Made by a program: the position numbers and the translations under genes. From NCBI GenBank assembly GCA_024679065.1, contig JAGIQG010000021.1, forward strand, positions 41,788,001 to 41,852,000: a DNA stretch of 64,000 nt. The letters are read 5' to 3'. Positions 1 through 28,301 of this stretch are shown here, piece after piece (the first letter of the stretch is position 1; each line of letters starts with the position of its first letter). The notes under the pieces were generated by a model, which was not told the origin of the DNA, searched no databases, and worked only from the letters and a program-made list of their open reading frames with translations. The stretch is from Sphyrna mokarran. Its lineage: Eukaryota.

Positions 1-224
1 CCATGACTCAATAAATGGAAATTCAATTTACAATTTACTGAGGGTTTTCAGAAATTGAGAATTAAGATAGTGAATGAGTGGCATAAGCTGCAGCCTTCTG
101 GCACTAGTGTTTCTTCAAACCAACCAGTTAATCTGATTCCAGGTGGGAAATGCATTTAACACTATTAAGGAGTTCCAGCCATTCATTCCAATAGAATCAC
201 CTCATGCAGGCAATGCCAGCTTCT

Positions 225-491
225 TTAGAAGAGAGCTGAGGAGAAACTTCTCTCAGAAGGAGGTGAATCTCTGGAATTCTCTGCCCATTGAAGTGGTGGA
301 GGCTTCCTCGTTGAATATGTTTAAGTCACGGTAGATAGATTTCTGATAGATAAGGGAATTAAGGGTTATGGGGAGTGGGCTGGAAAGTGGAACTGATCCA
401 CTTCAGATCAGCCATGATCTTAATGAATGGCAGGGCAGACTTGAAGGGCTAGATGGCTTACTCCTGCTCCTATTTCTTAAGTTCTTATGTT
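225..491 (+). mobile_element. CR1 LINE 3' fragment, specific to MYH copy A
   Basis: LRRNFSQKEVNLWNSLP motif and CR1 tail (ctcctgctcctatttctta...). Absent from the paralogous intron near 53450. Confidence 0.75.
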
Positions 492-554
492 CATGATCTT
501 AAGCCTCAGCCACACTCTTCCCAAGTTCAAGTTGACATCAATGTCTGTACAAAC

Positions 555-16039
<15,485 letters not shown>

Positions 16040-17264
16040 AGTTTCGGTTTATTGCTAAAATAGACAGGTGAGTTTATGTAAATAACGGAATCAGTACCTT
16101 ATATTGCATCATTTCTTGACACCATTAAATACTTCCCTGGGTTTGTCGGAAAGCAAGATCTCTCACATTTGAACTCAATCTAATCTAACTGCTTTGTAGA
16201 GATAAAAGTGTTAGTTACTATTTTAACAGTCACTCCGTTGTCGTACTCATGTAAAACCTATTTGTGACACCAATAAATAAACTTTAAAACATAATGTCGA
16301 GCCTCTCTAAACATGAAAGCTATTCAGATCCTTTAAAATGATTGATGATCTGTGATTTGATTGACACGAGATTACAAATTGCGATTTGTGTGTTAAAGAC
16401 GATAAAATTTGTAAGAAGCCTCTGTGAGCTACATGTTTGCATTTTCAGGAGTAGCTGTTTCTCACATGAAGCCTATTGTTACGATTTTCCTGGTTTGTTC
16501 ATTTCTAGGGAAAGAAAACACATCTTTGGTTTGATGATCCCAAGTTACTGCCAAAAGATGTGCCTTGATATTTTCAAAACGAGAACATTTGTGTTGTGTG
16601 CCGCTGAATTTAATAGGTTGAAAACGTCTTATCCTGTGAAGTTGTCTGGCATCTTAAGAATTTCAAGGTGTTTTATAGGTTTTAATGGTCCGGAATAATT
16701 GTGTGAAATGATTTCCAAACTGTAGGAAGCAGTGCCTGATCGCCCAGCCGGTTTTACATAGACCGTGTCCAGTATATGTGGCCGTGGTCTGCTACATGGT
16801 GTTGTGCTTCTTGCTGCTAAGCTAGCTTCTTACAGTGAAATATTTATAAGGTAACAGCCTCTTTGAAAGCAGTAAAGCAAACTAGATGTGAAATGACTCT
16901 GAAATCCTTTAGTCTCAAGAACCCACTGTCAAATGCAAATACTGGCACTGACACGTTTTCTATCCAAGAAATTTGAGTTTACATTTGGTTGTCATAACAG
17001 CCGTTACCTTTATGCGTCCCAAGTAAGAAAAATCCTTCACAGCAATTCTAGTAAAAAAAATGCACAACAAATCAATTAATTTTTCTTCTTTAGATCCGAT
17101 TTGAACGGACAAATTACATTTATATTTTACGGCGCTTATTTTGAGATAATTTTCTGGATTGTTCATTCGGTTAAACTTTACATAATTTGATGAGATCATC
17201 TTTGTACTGAAAAATAAATAAATACCTTCACTCAGATACTTGAGAAAGTTAACAAGAAACTTAC

Positions 17265-17361
17265 CCTGATGATTGGGCACCAGCAGCTTTTTCTGTTTCC
17301 TGGATAACTTATATACGTGTGTTTTTTTTGTCGGTACAGCAAGTCCTGCTCCTATATTTAG
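17265..17361 (-). promoter_or_regulatory. Candidate core promoter and short non-coding exon 1 of MYH copy A
   Basis: On the minus strand: TATATAA at 17309-17315, a MEF2 consensus CTATATTTAG at 17352-17361, and a strong donor (agg|GTAAGT, GT at 17264-17263) about 45 nt after the TATA box. This implies a first exon of about 20 nt, as is typical for MYH genes. Confidence 0.6.
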
Positions 17362-17867
17362 CGTACAAAAGCACGATGGTTACTTAAAGTGATATTCTCA
17401 TGTTAGGGTATAATTAGAGAAGCAAGATCAGTAATTTGGTTTGGAATTTTTGACCATCGATCCAGTCCCCATCATGTATATCCATATTAGTTTACCCCGT
17501 GAAACTGAATATGACAAGTCCTGTTTTTAATATCTTCATGGACTGAATCTCTAAAATAGACTTGTGCTGATCAGGTGAAACTGTTATAAGCAACGACTGC
17601 ATATATCGTTAAGAAATCTAATTGCAAATATATAACTTGCTTGATAGGTTTATCCCTTCAGTTGTCGGTAACATATATTTTGGAAATATGGTCACAGCAT
17701 CTTGTATATGTAACTTTTTAATTAAAATACAAAATTGCATCTTATTTTCATTTTGCTATCTGGCTTGAAAAGCAAGCAGAACCTGTCTGTAAGATTGCCT
17801 TCTGAGATGCTTTGGGAGGCAAGGGCTGAGAGTGTGGAGCCTTTAGCTTTGATCTTTGGGTTCTCAT

Positions 17868-17961
17868 CCAGAACACTGCATTTGCCTGAGGAAGACACAA
17901 GAGTGTTGAAAGCTCACAATTTTACTATCAAATAAATCGGTTGGATTAAAAATTGGTGTTG
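17868..17961 (+). mobile_element. Solo PLE 3'-end fragment with a degenerate hammerhead
   Basis: Aligns with about 30063-30155. Core is CTGAGGA-a-GACAC-aaga-GTGTT-GAAAGCTC. The 3' strand of stem I is mutated. Confidence 0.75.
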
Positions 17962-17971
17962 CTAAATTCTT

Positions 17972-19942
17972 ACATGGGGATTGTGCCAGAGGACTGGAGA
18001 GTGGCGAATATCAAGAAAGGGATTAAGAATGACTCTGGTAATTATAGGCCAATTAGTCTTACTTCAGTGGTAGGTAAATTAATGGAAAGAGTCCCAAGAG
18101 ATAGTATTTATGACAATTTGGAAAGATGCAGTTTAATCCAGCATAGTCAGCACGATTTTGTGAGGGGTAAATCCTGCCTCACAAATTTGATTGAATTCTT
18201 TGAGGAAGTAACTAAGTGTGTAGACAAAGGTAGAGCAGTTGATGTTGTAAACATGGATTTTAGTGAGGTATTTGCTAAGGTTCCTCATGGTAGGCTCATA
18301 AAGAAGGTAAGGAGATGTGGGATAGAAGAAAATTTGGCCGATTGGATAGAACAAAGAGAACAAAGAACAAAACAGCACAGGAAACAGGCTCTTTGGCCCA
18401 ACGATCCCGCGCCGCCACCCCGATGTTCCCACCTCTACCCGTGATCCCTGTCTATGTTTATAGATCTATGGGTTAAAAACCAAATTTGAGACAATTTAGG
18501 GAGAATTTGTTTTGCCAATCAGCCTAAGAGCACATCTTTGGGATGTAGGAGGAAACCGGAGCACCCGGAGAAAACCCACGCAAGCACGGGGAGAATGCAC
18601 AAACTCCCACAGACACAGGCCCAAATCCATGTATCTGCACAGCACAGCGATAGTCACTGAGCTGTTGTGTTGCCCATCAAATGGTCCAGGTCAAGCGTAT
18701 ACTAACGATGTGAAGCACTAAGATACTCTCGAAAAAAAAATCCAAGAGCAGCCCTCTCACGACCCATCGCGTGTATGCCCCTCGTTAGACAACAAGGTGG
18801 ACAAAGCACCTGTAGGATAAAAACAAGTACATCAATATCATCATCTATTTACACACTTCCCAGGGACTCCCAAGGCTCATTATCCGATAAGTAACTGGCT
18901 GTCTTGTAGAAGGCAGAGGGTGGTGGTGGAGAGAAAATTTTCAGACTGGAGGCCAGTTACCAGCGGTGTACCACAGAGATCAGTGCTGGATCCTGTGCTA
19001 TTTGTGATTTTTATTAATGATTTGGACAAGAGGGCTGAAGGAGGGGTTAGTAAATTTGCTGATGACACCAACTTTGGTGGAGTAGTGGATGAAATGGAGG
19101 GCTCTTGTAGGCTGCAAAGAGACATTGATAGGATGCAGAGCTGGGCTGAAAAGTGACAGATGGAGTTCAACTCTGATAAGTACGAGGTGATTCATTTTAG
19201 TAGGACAAACTTGAATACAGATTACATGGTCAATGGCAGGGGTCTGAGGAATGTGGAGAAACAAAGAGATCTCGGCATTCAGATCCACAGATCTCTGAAG
19301 ATTGCCACTCAATTGGATAGAACTGTGAAGAAGGCTTATAGTTTGTTAGCGTTTATTAACAGGGGGTTTGAGTTTAAGAGCGATGGGGTTATGTTGCAAT
19401 TATACAGGATCTTGGTGAGACCACATTTGGAATATTGTGTGCAGTTCTGGTCACCTCACTATAAGAAGGATGTGCAAGCATTGGAGACAGTGCAGAGAAG
19501 ATTTACCAGGATGCTGCCTCATTTGGCGGTGTAGGTCTTATGAGGAAAGGTTGAGGGAGCTGGGCCTTTTCTCTTTAGAGTGGAGGATGATGAGAGGCAC
19601 CTTAATAGAGGTTTGTAAGATGATGAGTGGATGTGCAGAGACTATTTCCTCTGGTGGATGTAGCTGTTATTAGGGGATGTAACTTTAAGGTTGATAGTGG
19701 GAGACATAGGAGGGCTGTCCGAGGTAGATTCTTTACTTAGAGAATGGTTGGGGTGTGGAATGCACTGCCTGCTGTGATAGTAGAGTCGGACACTTTAGGA
19801 ACTTTCAAGCGGTTATTGGATAGGTACATGGAACACACCAGATTGATAGGGAGTGAGATAGCTTGATCTTGGGTTCAGACATAGCTCGGTACAACGTAGA
19901 GGGCCGAAGCTCCTGTACTGTGCTGTACTGTCCTATGTTCTA
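17972..19942 (+). mobile_element. CR1 LINE, 5'-truncated and decayed
   Basis: [40 protein letters not shown] and RPHLEYCVQFWSP motifs. Tail ends tgtactgtcctatgttcta. Confidence 0.92.
18348..18880 (-). mobile_element. 5'-extended V-SINE derivative, copy 3 (apparently full length, nested in CR1)
   Basis: Same family. It interrupts the CR1 RT sequence. Confidence 0.85.
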
Positions 19943-20828
19943 GATGTAGTATCAATTTCCCTTCGTCTGCAACCCACTTGTGCTCGATTTCTCACCACAT
20001 GCCAATCTATTAAATCTCTCTATTACCTTGTAATTTTTTTTCCGTTATTGTAATAGTCATTGAACTTCAAAAGTATTCATTGACCATAAAACACTGTGAG
20101 CTGCCTAGTACTCATAGAGAGCACTGTGTAACTAGTCTGTCACTTTTGTTTTCAGTTTAATGGAGCTGATGGCTTTGATTGCTGGAACAAGTGATGGTGA
20201 TTCTACATCAGATGCCTGGTGCATCTGTGATCATTCACAAAAAGACTGGACTGCTGAAAGTTCTTGGATATCTTAAATGAGAAATGCAGAAAGGGAGTAA
20301 TGTCAGTGGGGCTTGGATAAGAGGGAAGTAACTGATCTATGGTCACACTATAGAGAAGGCAGATGAGGCCTTCACTGGGCAGTGTACAAGAGAATGACAA
20401 TAGGTATAATGGCTGGCCTACAACAAAGCAACTACCAAGGAATATGGAGGAATCCAACATCCAATATGGCATGCAGGGCTTTGTACAGCCCATGTTTAGT
20501 AGCATGGAAGTGGTGACCAATTCCATGACAGCATCTGAAGACTCACCCATCTTGCAGGCATTTGGTGAACAATATCTCAACTTCAGTTGCAGCCCAGGTA
20601 GAAACGACCAACTTCTCAGTGCTATTGTGAAAATTCAACCTGAAGTCATGAGATCCATGCTTGTCACCATGCAAACACAACTTGATGCCATGCTGGCTTA
20701 GAATGCTACAACCATGGTTGCCAACACCAGTTCCCAAAAGAGTCATGCAGACTCTCACAACAGGTCAGCAATCTGAACTCCAGTAGATTGTTAGCATTGT
20801 TGAGGCAATGCCCCAGGGGACCAATGCA

Positions 20829-22735
20829 CCATAAGACGTAGGAGCAAAAGTAGTTCATTTGGCCCATTGAATCTGCTCTGCCATTCAATGAGATCATGAC
20901 TGATCTCATTATGATCTTCCTCAACTCCAATCTTTTGCCTCGTTCCCATAATCCTTCACTCCTTTACTGATTAAAAATTGGTCTAGCTCAGCCTTGAATA
21001 TATCTAACGACCCAGCCTCTATAGCCTCAAATAGAAAAAATTTCATAAATTCAGTATTCTCTGAAAGAAGAAATTTTTCCTGAGCACTGTCTTAAATGGG
21101 CAACTCCTTACCCTGAGATACGGCCCTCTGGTGCTAGACTGTCCAATAAAGGGAAATAACTTCTCAGCATTTACTCTGACAAACGCTGTGAGAATCCTAT
21201 CTGTCTCAATAAGGTTACCTGTCATTCTTCTAAATTCCAATGAGTACAAAGTGCTTAACCTCTCTTCTAAGAAAATACCTTCATACCCAAGGTCAGCCTA
21301 ATGAAGTTCCTCTAATTCCAGTTATATATTTCTTTAAGTAAGGGAGCCAAAACTCTTCACAGTCTTCCAAATGTGGTCTAACCTTGTATAGTTTTATCAT
21401 GGCTTCCCTGTTTTTATATTTCAATCTCTTTTGAAATTAAGGCCAATATTCCTTTGCCTTCCTTATTTCCTGCTGAATTACATGCTAGCTTTGTTTGAAT
21501 TATATATGAGGATCCCCGAATCCCTCTGTGCTGCAGCTTTCTCCGTTTAAATAATATTCAGCTCCTTTAATCTTCCTACCAAAGTGCAAAGCTTTACATT
21601 TTCCTCCATTATATTGTCATTTTTTTGTCCACTCATGTACTTTGTCTATATTCCTCTTAGAGTCTTATGCTATCCTCACCATTTACATTCCCAACCATTT
21701 TTATGTCATCTGCAAACTTGACAACGGTACATTCACTTCTCTCATCCGCGTCTTAAATATATATTGTAGATTATTGATCCCTGTGGCACTCTATTCTACT
21801 AGTTATAGATTACCATCATAAAAATCCTATTCCAACTCTGTCTTTCAGCCATTCCTCTGCTTATGCTAATATATTAGCCCAAACACTATGGACTCATATT
21901 TTATTAAGTAGCCTTTTGTGCAGCATCTTATCAAATGCTTTCAGGAACTCCAGTTATACAACATCTCTACTATCCTACTATGTATTCTGCTCATTACCTC
22001 AAAGAGTTCTAACAAATTTATCAGACGTGATGGTTCCCCTTCGTGAAGCCCGACTGATTCTGCTTGATTGTGTTTTTTATTTCTATATGCTCTGCTGGAT
22101 GTTCTTTTGTAATGGATGTTAAGCTAAATGGACTGTAATTACCTGCTTCATGTCTTCCTTTTTGAAAAAGAGTCTTACATTGGCAGTTTTCCAATCCTCT
22201 GGCATTTTTGCAGAATTTAAGGATTTTTAGAAGATTACTGTTCCTGTGCATTCACTATCTCCGTAGCTATTTTCTTTAATATCTAAGGATGCATTCCATC
22301 AGGTTTGGAGGACTTATCAGCACTTAGCTTTATTAGTTTCCCTTGTACTTACTTTTCCAGTGATAGTTATATTTATTTTCTCCCCAGCTGCAAGCTTTTA
22401 CCCCACCACTTTACCCCTTTACTATTTCATATTTTTGGAATGATATTAGCATCTTCCATTGTAATGACTGATGTGCAGTATTTAATTAATACCTCTGCCA
22501 TTTTCTGCTTCTCCATTATTATTTCACCACTCTCACTCTCTAAGTGGCCTATTTCAACTTTGGCCCCTCTTCCTGTTTGTATATTTAATGAAGCTGTTAC
22601 TGTGCGTTTTTATATTGCTTATGATTTTGCCTGCCTAGTTTATCTGCTCCCTCTTTGTTATTTTTTAGGTCAACTTTTGTTGGTTTCTAAAACTTTCACA
22701 GTCCTCTGTCTTATGACTAATCTTTGCCACATTGT
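20829..22735 (-). mobile_element. Decayed CR1 LINE
   Basis: CR1 tail at 20829 and the fragments YSLEFRRM...RKNFFFQRILNL and AGNYSPFSLTS. Confidence 0.75.
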
Positions 22736-22989
22736 TGGTTTTGCGATTGTGGCGTTCTATAGTGTGGCAGAGAGACTATCCGGTTCTTGTTCAGCTGCAG
22801 TCTTTGCTGACTTGATTGATTTCCACAGTCAGAGAGAGATTCTTGCAAAATGGCTATTTGCATGGGAAATGTGAGTTTGTTTGTTGGCTTTTACTTCTAT
22901 GTTAGCATTTACAACACTTGTTTTCACAGAGCTCATACAGACAGACAGCGTTGGGCCTGCTTTTCAGCTAGCTTTAAACCCATTCTTCG

Positions 22990-24007
22990 GAGGTGAATCT
23001 TACCATTGCACCCTTCTAGACTGATGGCTGATCATGCAGGAACCGAGAAATCATGCTTACACCCAATTTCTCCCCTCTGGCACTGGATATCTGGTATGAT
23101 CAGCCTCATGCCCATTTCTGGTGCAAGGCTGAATAATTTATTTAACTATGTTTAAATTAGTTTTACATGATTTAATGCGCCCGGGACGATATCATCCGGA
23201 TTCACTTGCCTCTGTGACTTTGCCGGCAAGAACCTGGAATGGAGGATCACAGCTGATCCCCAGCAAAAGAGACAAGTCATGATGGTCTTGCTGGTAGATC
23301 TGGAGGTCATTGAAGCCCCCTGGGAATGCTGGGGGCTAAGGGGGTGGCCCTTGCACAATGTCAAACTTTTACGCAAGAGGGGCACCAGGCAGTGCCAAGG
23401 AAGCATGGCTAGAGAGGGTGGGGCCTTTGGGGGGAGGTGGGGGGGCAGACCAAGGGTAGCCAGTTGGTGGTGAGGGATCCCACTGTGTATTCTGCATCAG
23501 GGATCAGTGGGGTGAGGAAGGGGGACAATCAGGGCTGGCCATGAGGATGGGCATGAAGGTCAGACGATTGGCAGGGAGTTGGGTGGCCGATTGCGGGGTG
23601 AGGGAGGGCAGCTGATCACTGAGCAATCAGGCCGGTGATCAGGGCAGTGGATCGGCTAGCAATTGTTGGGAAGGGGGAATCGGTCCAGGCGGGAAGGGGA
23701 TGTGGTAGCTGGAGGGTGCTTTGTTTAGGCAGGGAGGCTGGCTGAGAACAGTAGAGGCTGAGTAATGGGTCTCTACTTCTAGAGACCTGCACAGATGCAA
23801 GGGCATCCCAATGCTCTCAGCCAGCATTCGGGTATGTAAGCCCTGCTGTCCTCCCTCTGCAGGCAAAAAAACCATTTCTGCTGTTTTTTCATGCACTGAG
23901 TGCATAAGATCACAGATTTGAACTCGCCCAAAAAATGGATTTTTTCTGTTTTCTTCTCTGTTTTCATGCCTGTCCTGGACTTAGAACTCTTTTGATAAGA
24001 TTGCACC
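22990..24007. mobile_element. GC-rich non-autonomous DNA element (MITE-like)
   Basis: Imperfect terminal inverted motifs ggaggtgaatcttacc / gataagattgcaccc. The G-rich interior resembles 39588-40518 and about 2640-3100. Confidence 0.4.
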
Positions 24008-24379
24008 CTCCCCACCACCCTTCTCCACCCCCAGCATTGAACATTCCAAGCATGAAGACGAATCCACAAATCTGGGTATTACGCAAGAAATCTTGTTATG
24101 AGATAACCATTACATATAATTGTCACTACCAGATATGGCAATTACTCCCTGACTGCTCTGATGACAGGATAGGCTTTCTTCTGTCTCTTAGAGAATTGCC
24201 CTGCAGTAATTCAGCCAATGGATTGTGTGTCCATTAAAAAAAAGTCTTAGATCTTATTAAAAGCTCAATCTTTCCAGACATAACTCAGTGCTTTTTACTT
24301 TATTATTATGATACATCATCTTCTTACTGCTTTTCGTCCTCTTATTCTTCTTTCTCTATCTGAGGTAACATCCAAAATT

Positions 24380-25330
24380 TTGGTGACAAAGGCTATGCCC
24401 TCATGATAGCAAGGTTGTAGAGAGTGCTTTAGAATACCCATTCTTGTTAATCCTAGAGGATTCCTATGAGCAGTCCAGAAAGTTGTTTCATTATGTCAGT
24501 GTTTTCTTGGTACAGGATAGGTGTGTTATAATTATTGCAGTGTTGCAAGTATTCAAGAAGAAATATCTTTGAGAAAAGGTCGCACACCATGTGGTAGAGT
24601 TTGTGATTATACCTGTTTACTTACGGAGCTTGCCAAAGCCAGAAGTGCAGTTCATTGCACTTTACGTCATTGTGAATCCTGCCAGTCTGGCAAATTCATA
24701 TGGGGTGACGCGGTGGCACAGTGCGTAGCGCTGCCCTCTCAGAGTGTTCTGGGTTCAATTTATGGCTTAGGTCGCTACATGGAGTTTGCACATTCTCTCT
24801 GTGTCTGCATGGATTTCCTTTGAGTGCTCAGGTTTCTTCCCACATTCCAAAGATGTGTGGATTAAGATGATTGGCCATGCTAAATTGCCCCTTAGTGTCC
24901 CGGAACATGTAGGTTAGAGAGATTAGCAGAGTAAATGTTTGGGGAAAGGGCCTGGGTGTAACTGTTGTCGGTTCAGACTGGATGGGCAGAATGGCTTCCT
25001 CCTGTACTTTCTTCTGGATTTTTGGATTCTATGGATTTTATGATTTTCTAGTTTTGCATTTCTCTGGCATTTAAGAAGATGATGAAGGCCCCTCTCCAAC
25101 AAAGAGGCCTTGTCCACCTCTCTGATATAGCAAACAGCGGTGAACTGTGAGATGTTACTGATGTTCCCTCTTCATATCTGGGAAGATCCACTGGCATAGT
25201 AATTGAAGGCAGCAGTAACTTTGATAGCCAATGGCAGCATCATCCTCACCCTGGTATAAGACTGTAGATCAAGTTGTAGGAAGTGGCACAGTTCAGTAAC
25301 CATCACCTTGGTGAAATACAGCCTAAGAAG
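24380..25330 (-). pseudogene. PIF/Harbinger (HARBI1-like) transposase fossil, interrupted by a V-SINE
   Basis: Minus-strand translation RLYFTKVMVTELCHFLQLDLQ...LPLAIKVTAAFNYYASGSSQ*...NISQF...IREV, then ARLAGF..SAMNCT (a decayed GAIDCTH motif) and LYNLAIMRA. Confidence 0.72.
24702..25045 (+). mobile_element. HE1/V-SINE
   Basis: tRNA-like head, V-domain and tail. Confidence 0.82.
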
Positions 25331-26418
25331 CCACTCTGCTACTGGCTGAGGTTGCAGCAGGAGAAGTACTTCTTTAAAACTCTTTGTGGATAGGATTTTA
25401 TGTTGAAAGCCCTCTTGCTCCCTTTGCGTAATACATTTCCTCTTTATTTCCTGTGCTCCATTTCCTAATCATACTGCAAGCCAGAGAGGCAAAAACTATA
25501 GCTCTATTACTGAAGCTGACTTCTTCCTAACAGGCCAACTAGTTCCTCTAACCACCCTTGTCAAGAAATAGAACTGCTCCCTGGAAAATCCAAAAATCCT
25601 GTACTAACACAGACAGTACCTCCATCAATGCAGCAATAATTGCCCTAAAATTGGCCAGAAATATTTTGGTACACAATTTTTCAGTTTGGAGTCTGCACAG
25701 TATCTACACCATTGGTGCTAAAGAGGTCAGTTTTACAGCCATAATAGCTTGACAAGAAGTGCAGTGGATTGCATCTTACACCTGTGGCAAGCCAGCCAGT
25801 GATGTTAATCTGCGTGCCCACTCTCTCTCATTTCATCATGGGAAAGCTTATATATCACCCAATCCTGGCAAACATTGCATATCCTATGCATTTATGTAAA
25901 GCTGACAGTACCTCTGAGTTTCCTGGAAGAAATCAGAGGCCAAGCACCACAGGTAATTTGTGTCTGCGAGGTCCAATAAGCAATAACCTGCAATAAGCAG
26001 GTTTCATCTTGGAGCCGGGGGATATGTACTGTCCACTTGAAGTATCAATCTAACGCATCAGAAGTGCTGTTCCTTTGAAACACAAAGGAAGCTGAGCCTT
26101 TGTCTGTTCAATCTATTAAATGGGCATTGTTTGCGAGGGCTCAGCCATTCTGTTGCTCGCTTTACTGCTGGCCATTTGTAACCTCTTCCATATTTATAGC
26201 TGAAATGCTGTGCTTATTACTCCACCTCTGGTGAAGCCAAGAGTAACTATTGGCACCAAATAACGTGCTCCTCTATTTGATGAATTCAAGACTCTCATAA
26301 ACCAGGCATGTTTGTCAAACTATATGTCATGATGTAGAGATGCCGGCGTTGGACTGGGGTAAACTCAGTAAAGTTTCACAACACCAATTTTAAATCCAAC
26401 CAATTTATTTGATAGTAA

Positions 26419-26459
26419 ATTCGCGAGCTTTCGACACTATGTGCCTTCGTCAGGCAAAT
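26419..26459 (-). ncRNA. Minimal type I hammerhead ribozyme (mirror copy in the left PLE arm)
   Basis: Exact reverse complement of 30075-30115. Confidence 0.82.
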
Positions 26460-26673
26460 GCAGTGTTCTGGTCTGCAATAGCACTCATACCAACACAGAC
26501 AGTCATAGATTGCTGATTAGAATGCGAATCCTTACATCTAACCTGCTATTCAAGTGTTAAAGTGGCTAACAATGTGTGTGAAGGGAATCCTGAGCATTGG
26601 TTAGAGAATTGTGTATTTTCTCCAGATAGCATAGTAAGTGAGGTTTTTTGCTAACCCAGGCAAGTTACGGGGG

Positions 26674-28299
26674 TTACAGATAGTGTGTCATGAAGCCAAA
26701 ATCCCTATTAAGACCGTCCTCATATGTGCGGAACTTGGCTATCAGTCTCTGCTCAGCAACTCTGCGCTGTCGTGTGTCACGAAGGCCCCCTTGAAGAACA
26801 TTTACCCGCAGGTCGGAGGCCGAATGCCCATGACTGCTGAAGTGTTCGCCCACAGGAAGGGAACTGTTTTGCCTGGTGATTGTTGAGCGATGCTCATTCA
26901 TCCGCTGTCGTAGTGTCTGCATGGTCTCCCCAATGTACCATGCTTCGGGACATCCTTTCTTGCAACGTATTAGGTAGACAACGTTGGCCGAGTTGCAAGA
27001 GTATGTACCGTGTACCTGGTGAATGGTATCCTCACGTTTGATGATGTCGTCCATGTCTATGATCTGGCATGTCTTGCAGAGGTTGCTGTGGCAGGGTTGT
27101 GTGGTATTGTGGTCACTGTTCTCCTGAAGGTTGGGTAGTTTGCTGCGAACAATGATCTGATTGAGGTTGTGCGGTTGTCTGAAAGCAAGAAGTGGGGGGG
27201 TGGGGATGGCCCTAGCGAGATGTTCATCGTCATCAATGATATGTTGAAGACTCCGGAGAAGATGTCGTAGCTTCTCCGCTCCGGGGAAGTACTGGACAAC
27301 AAAGGGTACTCTGTCCACCATGTCCCATGTTCGTCTTCTGAGGAGGTCAGTGCGGTTTATCGTTGTGGCACGTCGGAACTGTCGATCGATGAGTCGAGTG
27401 CCATATCCTGTTCTCACGAGGGCATCCTTCAGCGTCTGGAGGTGTCTGTCATGATCCTCCTCATCTGAGCAAATTCTGTGTATACGGAGGGCTTGTCCAT
27501 AGGGAATGGCTTCTTTAACGTGCCTAGGGTGGAAGCTGGAGAAGTGGAGCATTGTGAGGTTGTCTGTCGGTTTTCGGTACAGTGAGGTGCTGGGGTGACC
27601 GTCCTTGATGGAGATGCGTATGTCCAAGAAAGCAACTGATTCTGGAGAATAGTCCGTGGTGAGTCTGATGGTGGGATGGAACTTGTTGATATCATCATAC
27701 AGTTGTTTCAATGATTGTTCACCATGAGTCCAAAGGAAAAAGATGTCATTAATGTATCTAGTATATAACCTTGGTTGAAGATCTCGTGTAGTGAAGAAGT
27801 CTTGTTCGAACCTGTGCATGAAGATGTTGGCATACTGAGGTGCAAATTTGGTCCCCATGGCTGTTCCATGTGTCTGGATGAAAAGCTGATTGTTGAAGGT
27901 GAAGACATTGTGGTCCAAGATGAAGCGGATGAGTTGTAAAATTGCATCCGGAAATTGACAATTGTTGGCATTGAGTACTGAGGCAGTTGCAGCAATACCA
28001 TCGTCGTGGGGGATGTTGGTGTAGAGCGCCGAGACATCCATTGTGACAAGGAGTGTCCCTGGTTCAACTGCTTCATGCGTGCTGAGTTTCTGTAGGAAGT
28101 CTGTAGTGTCAAGACAAAAGCTGGGGGTTCTTTGTACAATGGGTTTCAGGATGCCCTCGATATAGCCGGAGAGGTTCTCACACAGGGTCCCATTGCCCGA
28201 TACGATGGGACGGCCGGGTATGTTTGCCTTGTGTATCTTTGGGAGGCAGTAGAGATCTCCAATGCGGGGAGTACGTGGAATGAGAGCCCGGAGGGTGTT
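26674..28299 (-). pseudogene. 5'-truncated PLE polyprotein (RT plus GIY-YIG); frame open, catalytic YIDD mutated to YIND
   Basis: The frame is open from 28299 (NTLRALIPR...LYCLPKIHKANIPGRPIVS) through MDVSALYTNIPH, GTAMGT, RYINDIF, the Cys linker PCHSNLCKTC and VVYLIRC...WYIGET...RQRMNEH to the stop at 26674. Confidence 0.88.
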
Positions 28300-28301
28300 G
28301 T

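Noticed and set aside
16098-16136. Possible second 5' UTR exon of MYH copy A
   Set aside because: The splice sites look plausible, but the following intron would be only about 43 nt.
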